NCBI GenBank assembly: GCA_964016885.1
Contig: OZ024742.1
Location: forward strand, 100,502,001 to 100,566,000
DNA from: Eledone cirrhosa
Taxonomy: Eukaryota
Length of the DNA: 64,000 bases
Direction of reading: 5' to 3'
Under the pieces are notes generated by a model. It had not been told where the DNA came from and searched no databases. It saw only the letters and a list, made by a program, of their open reading frames with translations. The position numbers were made by a program, and so were the translations under genes. Of the stretch, positions 59,924 through 64,000 are shown one piece after another. Each line of letters opens with the position of its first letter. Position 1 is the stretch's first letter.

Positions 59924-60545
59924 CACACATGCAATCATGTGCACACACGCATAGGCGTACACATAGTTACACACACTCATACATAGTTATACACGCATAC
60001 ACCCACATTATTGCATACACACATTATTGCACACACACACACACGAATAGTTATACTGACACATCCATGCGTGTGAAATTTTTGCATAAATTCTTAAAAT
60101 TCTTCATGTCATTATAATGGAAGTGATATCAAAGACAGCTAGTTTCCTTATTTCTAACTAAAATCTTCTCGGAATTCCTGCATTAAATGAGTCTTCATAT
60201 CAGTCACGAACATTTTATGTAAGACTTCTTGGAGTGAAATCACCAAGTCTTAAACCATTCCACTCTCTTCTACTAACACGTATTTTAAATACAGAGCTCC
60301 ATAGACACTATTGCTTGTTGGCTTTTGTGAAGGAGATTGGCCTAGTGGTTAGTATTAACCATATGATGGTAAGGTCGTGAGTTCGATTCCCGGACCGGGA
60401 ATCGAACTCATGTCTTTGAGCATTGTAGTTTATTTCACGTTGCTTCACTCCACTCAGCTGTAAAAAAAAATAAGTTGCTATGGCAATGGTGCTATGCTAT
60501 GTCGGGTTTTCCCTTGGACAATATCATATATAGTGTGTAGATGGC

Positions 60546-60588
<43 letters not shown>

Positions 60589-61884
60589 CTGCGACGATAC
60601 ATGAGCCAAGCTGTATCGGTCTATACATTTCCCTTGAACAACATTAGTGACGTGGAGAGGGGAAACTGGCATGCAAGGGTGGTTGACTGCTGGTCGTCCA
60701 CAAAACACCTTTTCAGGGTCAGTGCTTGGAGAGGCACTTTCCAAGTGCCAACCCATAATCAGTCATGATCAAGGCAGGAAACCTCATGACATATCATGCT
60801 TATTGATTTCCATATTTGTTCTATTTTTCTAAAATACTCTAGTAGCTGTTGTGCTGTTGAACATCTTGTAGAGAAACTTCGGGTTAACCGTGTCAATAAT
60901 ACACTCTCTATGTATTTATTAACCCCACTAATGTAATTCGTAATCATGCAATCATATTTCCTCTTTCCTTCATATATGTTTTTTTACTGGCTTCACTCAT
61001 GACCATGCTGGAGCACCACCTTAACGTCGACCATACCGATTCGAGTACATATTTTATCGGTCTTTTTGATCGAAGCATTGTTACCTGATATAAGCGCGCA
61101 CGTACACATACACTCACGTGAGCGAAAGGGGGTGGCTTCTGGAAGTTGCATCTCGCAAATTACGGTCACAAGGGTTGACTGAAGACTGCAGTAGAAAACA
61201 CTTGCCTAAGGTGTCACGCAGTAAGAGTGAATAATCCGAAACCCCGTGGTTGTGAAGCTAACTTCTTACCTACAAAGCCATACTTACGTTTAAGTGTTAG
61301 GATTTACAACCCATCCCCACCCCTGTCAGAAACTTCTAAACGACAAACGAAACTGATTCGTATAAATATAGGGTTGTGAGATCTAATAAATATAATGGCT
61401 TAGTTTACTTCATGAATTGGAAGAGAGAGATCCACACAATACATGGATGGACTGGGAACATTCAGAAGATAGACTTTTACCTTTAACAACGAAAAAAATA
61501 TATGAAAGTATATAAAGTCCTTTGTTCGTAAGATGTGGGTTCTTCTATCGATGAACCCACCGAAGAATATTCCAAGGGATTTCGGTGATCCCCGGAAAGA
61601 ATAGTGAGCATGCAGATATATAGAGTGTTATGACTTGAGTTTACTAGTGAGTTACACCATGTCTTAGTGGGTAACCGTAAATGTTTTTCCTGTGTTTTAT
61701 ATCATGTATTAATTATTGCATGTTTTATAATAGGTTTAGACTTATTTCATGTTTTAGCCAATTTTAATCCGTCTGTTGTATATTGTCCTTTCCTCCCGAC
61801 TCGGTTTTATATAACTTTGTACAGTCCCACGTGTATTGTAATTACTATATATATAACGTTCGTTGTATTATATGAGTCAATCAT

Positions 61885-62270
61885 TGTGGCTAATATCATC
61901 AGACTCCATGCTTTGTAGCTCAAATCCTGCCACGGTTGGCTTTACCTTTCATCCTTACGGGGTCGATAAAATAATGCACCAGTAAGTACTGGAGGCGATT
62001 TAATCGACTTTCCCCTCCGCCAAATTGCTGGCCTTGTGCCTATAATAGAAATCATGGTTAATTGTATTATACAGAGAGCAATAATTTGGCTGTATCGTAG
62101 CATTTAGTTACTACCCACTGTTTTGATTTCGAATCCCGCCGAGGTCAACTTTGCCTTTAATACTTCCGGAATCGATAAAATAAAGTATCAGTCACGTACT
62201 AGGGTAGATGTAATCCACTTTCCACTACCCACAAATTGTTGGCCCTGTGCCCAAATTAGAAATTATTATT
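61885..62270 (+). mobile_element. Two degenerate family A SINE copies
   Basis: CCTTTCATCCTTACGGGGTCGATAAAATAA at ~61945 and GAATCCCGCCGAGGTCAACTTTGCC at ~62131. Confidence 0.8.
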
Positions 62271-64000
62271 GTATGAACATGGTAAGTTCCGGGCCCTGTG
62301 CAACCCGTGCAAGGACCAACAAACGATAATTCAAATGCATAACAGCGTCAGAACAAAAGGTCATATGATTGACAAGGAAAAGTGTATATGGTAAGTAATG
62401 GTTGCAGGATATTTAGAAAGAGTCTCTTGTTTACGCCAGGATCAACATAGTATTCCGTCTTTTAAGGGTAGAAAGGTATCTATAAACTACAATATGCATT
62501 GAGTCCTTCCCTATTTCAAAACTGTATAGTTGGATTTAGAGGACTTTTGTTTGCTATTTTTAGCAGTTTAAACTACTTCGTAAAGGCTTAGTTCGTTGGC
62601 TCATCTCTAAAGACGTTTTGTGTGTGGGCGAAGTAATTTTTTTCTTTCAGAGATATTTGATTAAAATAAACGAGTTAGCTCTGTTTTGCAATAATTTCAT
62701 ATCCATTTTTCATATATTCGTCATTGGTGTGATTTTTTTCGCTTCCATTTTGTTGTTGTTGTTGTGGAAGAAACTCTTGTATAGTTTAATAACGGCTGGC
62801 CTGTGTTTCTATGGTAGAATTATTGCAATGATAAAAATAGAAAATAGAAAAACAAGACACGAATAAATACGTTAGATCTTCTGATCTATTCTCCGGTAAC
62901 ACTTTTGATACCAACCCGTCTGAAACCGCCACCGGTAACTTGATACAAAATAATCTGTTTAAAAACTTACTTTGGCGTAGAACCTTGATACGATTTTCCA
63001 AAAATTGCGGATTCATACGGGTAATCCCTACCACACTAGATTTAATAAGACATTAAATGAATTGAGAAATTGCTTTAAAGAGAATGTATTCATATTTTTT
63101 TTAAAACAAACTTAATGGTGATGAATCCTTCATAGATTTCGACGATGAACATTCAGTCGTTCAATCAGTTGAACGTCCAACTCCGGAATTAACGTATAAG
63201 TGGTTGGGTATTCCACTGACACATGTACACTTAACGTAGTTAATCCTCAAGTATAATCAATATAACACAATATGGGAAAAGCTGGATATTTGATTTACAG
63301 GTACAATCTTTCTGACGAGTTTCCAGTCTTCGTTAATCGAATTTTAGCCACAAACCTCAAATGAACATGAAACTATGGCAACATTTCTGCCCAAGATCTC
63401 ACATGTTTATTATTAAATTTTATCAAAAGGCACCTTTTACAGCGGAACCTACTTTGGAAAGTGGTGGACTAGAGTAATATCTATAATCGAAGAAAGTTCG
63501 TAGAATGTTGCTAAGGTTTATTGCTGTGAGAAGTGCTTTTGTGCTTCAACAAACACGAGAGGAAGATAGCGTTACTCTTAGCCCGGCTGACGGGCTAACG
63601 AGACTTTTGCCTTTTTATAATCAGTTCGAGCATATTATGACGTCTGGGGGAAAAACGTTGGTAAAAACGGAAATTCTAGTGCTTTGATGCTTTTGAGTGG
63701 AAGGAATGCGAAAGTGGTTACTACAGAGTTTTGGAGGAGGAGACAGAGCAAGGTTGGAGACAGAAAGAAAGACCAATATATCGGATAGTTATGTTGTTGT
63801 TCTTGCTGTGCGGCACACAGCTGAGTGCACCCATCCATATCTAAGAATTCGGTTTATTGCAGGACCTGCTTCGCTTCTCTGCCACACGAGTGACAGTTCT
63901 AATAATAACTGATTTATCGTCTTAAAAATGTTATAGCTACCAAATGTGAAGATGGTCGCTAGACCACACACACGCACTAGTTAGATATCCGTGCATACAT

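Noticed and set aside
60379-60410. Hairpin GAGTTCGATTCCCGG-A-CCGGGAATCGAACTC as terminator or structured RNA
   Set aside because: Local inversion within the B-box region of a family D SINE; single instance.

Overview
AT-rich eukaryotic non-coding DNA (intergenic or deep intronic). The repeat content is consistent with an invertebrate, probably an octopus/cephalopod; this is inferred from repeat style only. No host exon is supported, and almost all ORFs in the track are microsatellite artefacts. The window holds very long (TA)n/(TATG)n/(TG)n/(CT)n/(GGT)n arrays, a 58-bp satellite (~30 copies), many tRNA-derived SINEs of at least three families, and a 5'-truncated, frameshifted Tx1/L1-type LINE in a GATA-like microsatellite. 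It also holds short RTE-like, CRE-like and Tc1/mariner relics and a 200-N gap. The most striking signal is a set of about 16 hammerhead-ribozyme motifs of several sequence families. About half a dozen have an intact CUGANGA/GAAA/NUH core. They sit in 50-300-bp modules embedded in (TA)n tracts, often as fold-back palindromes whose symmetry axis lies at the ribozyme. These look like non-autonomous Penelope-like pseudo-LTR insertions that target and stack inside TA microsatellites.
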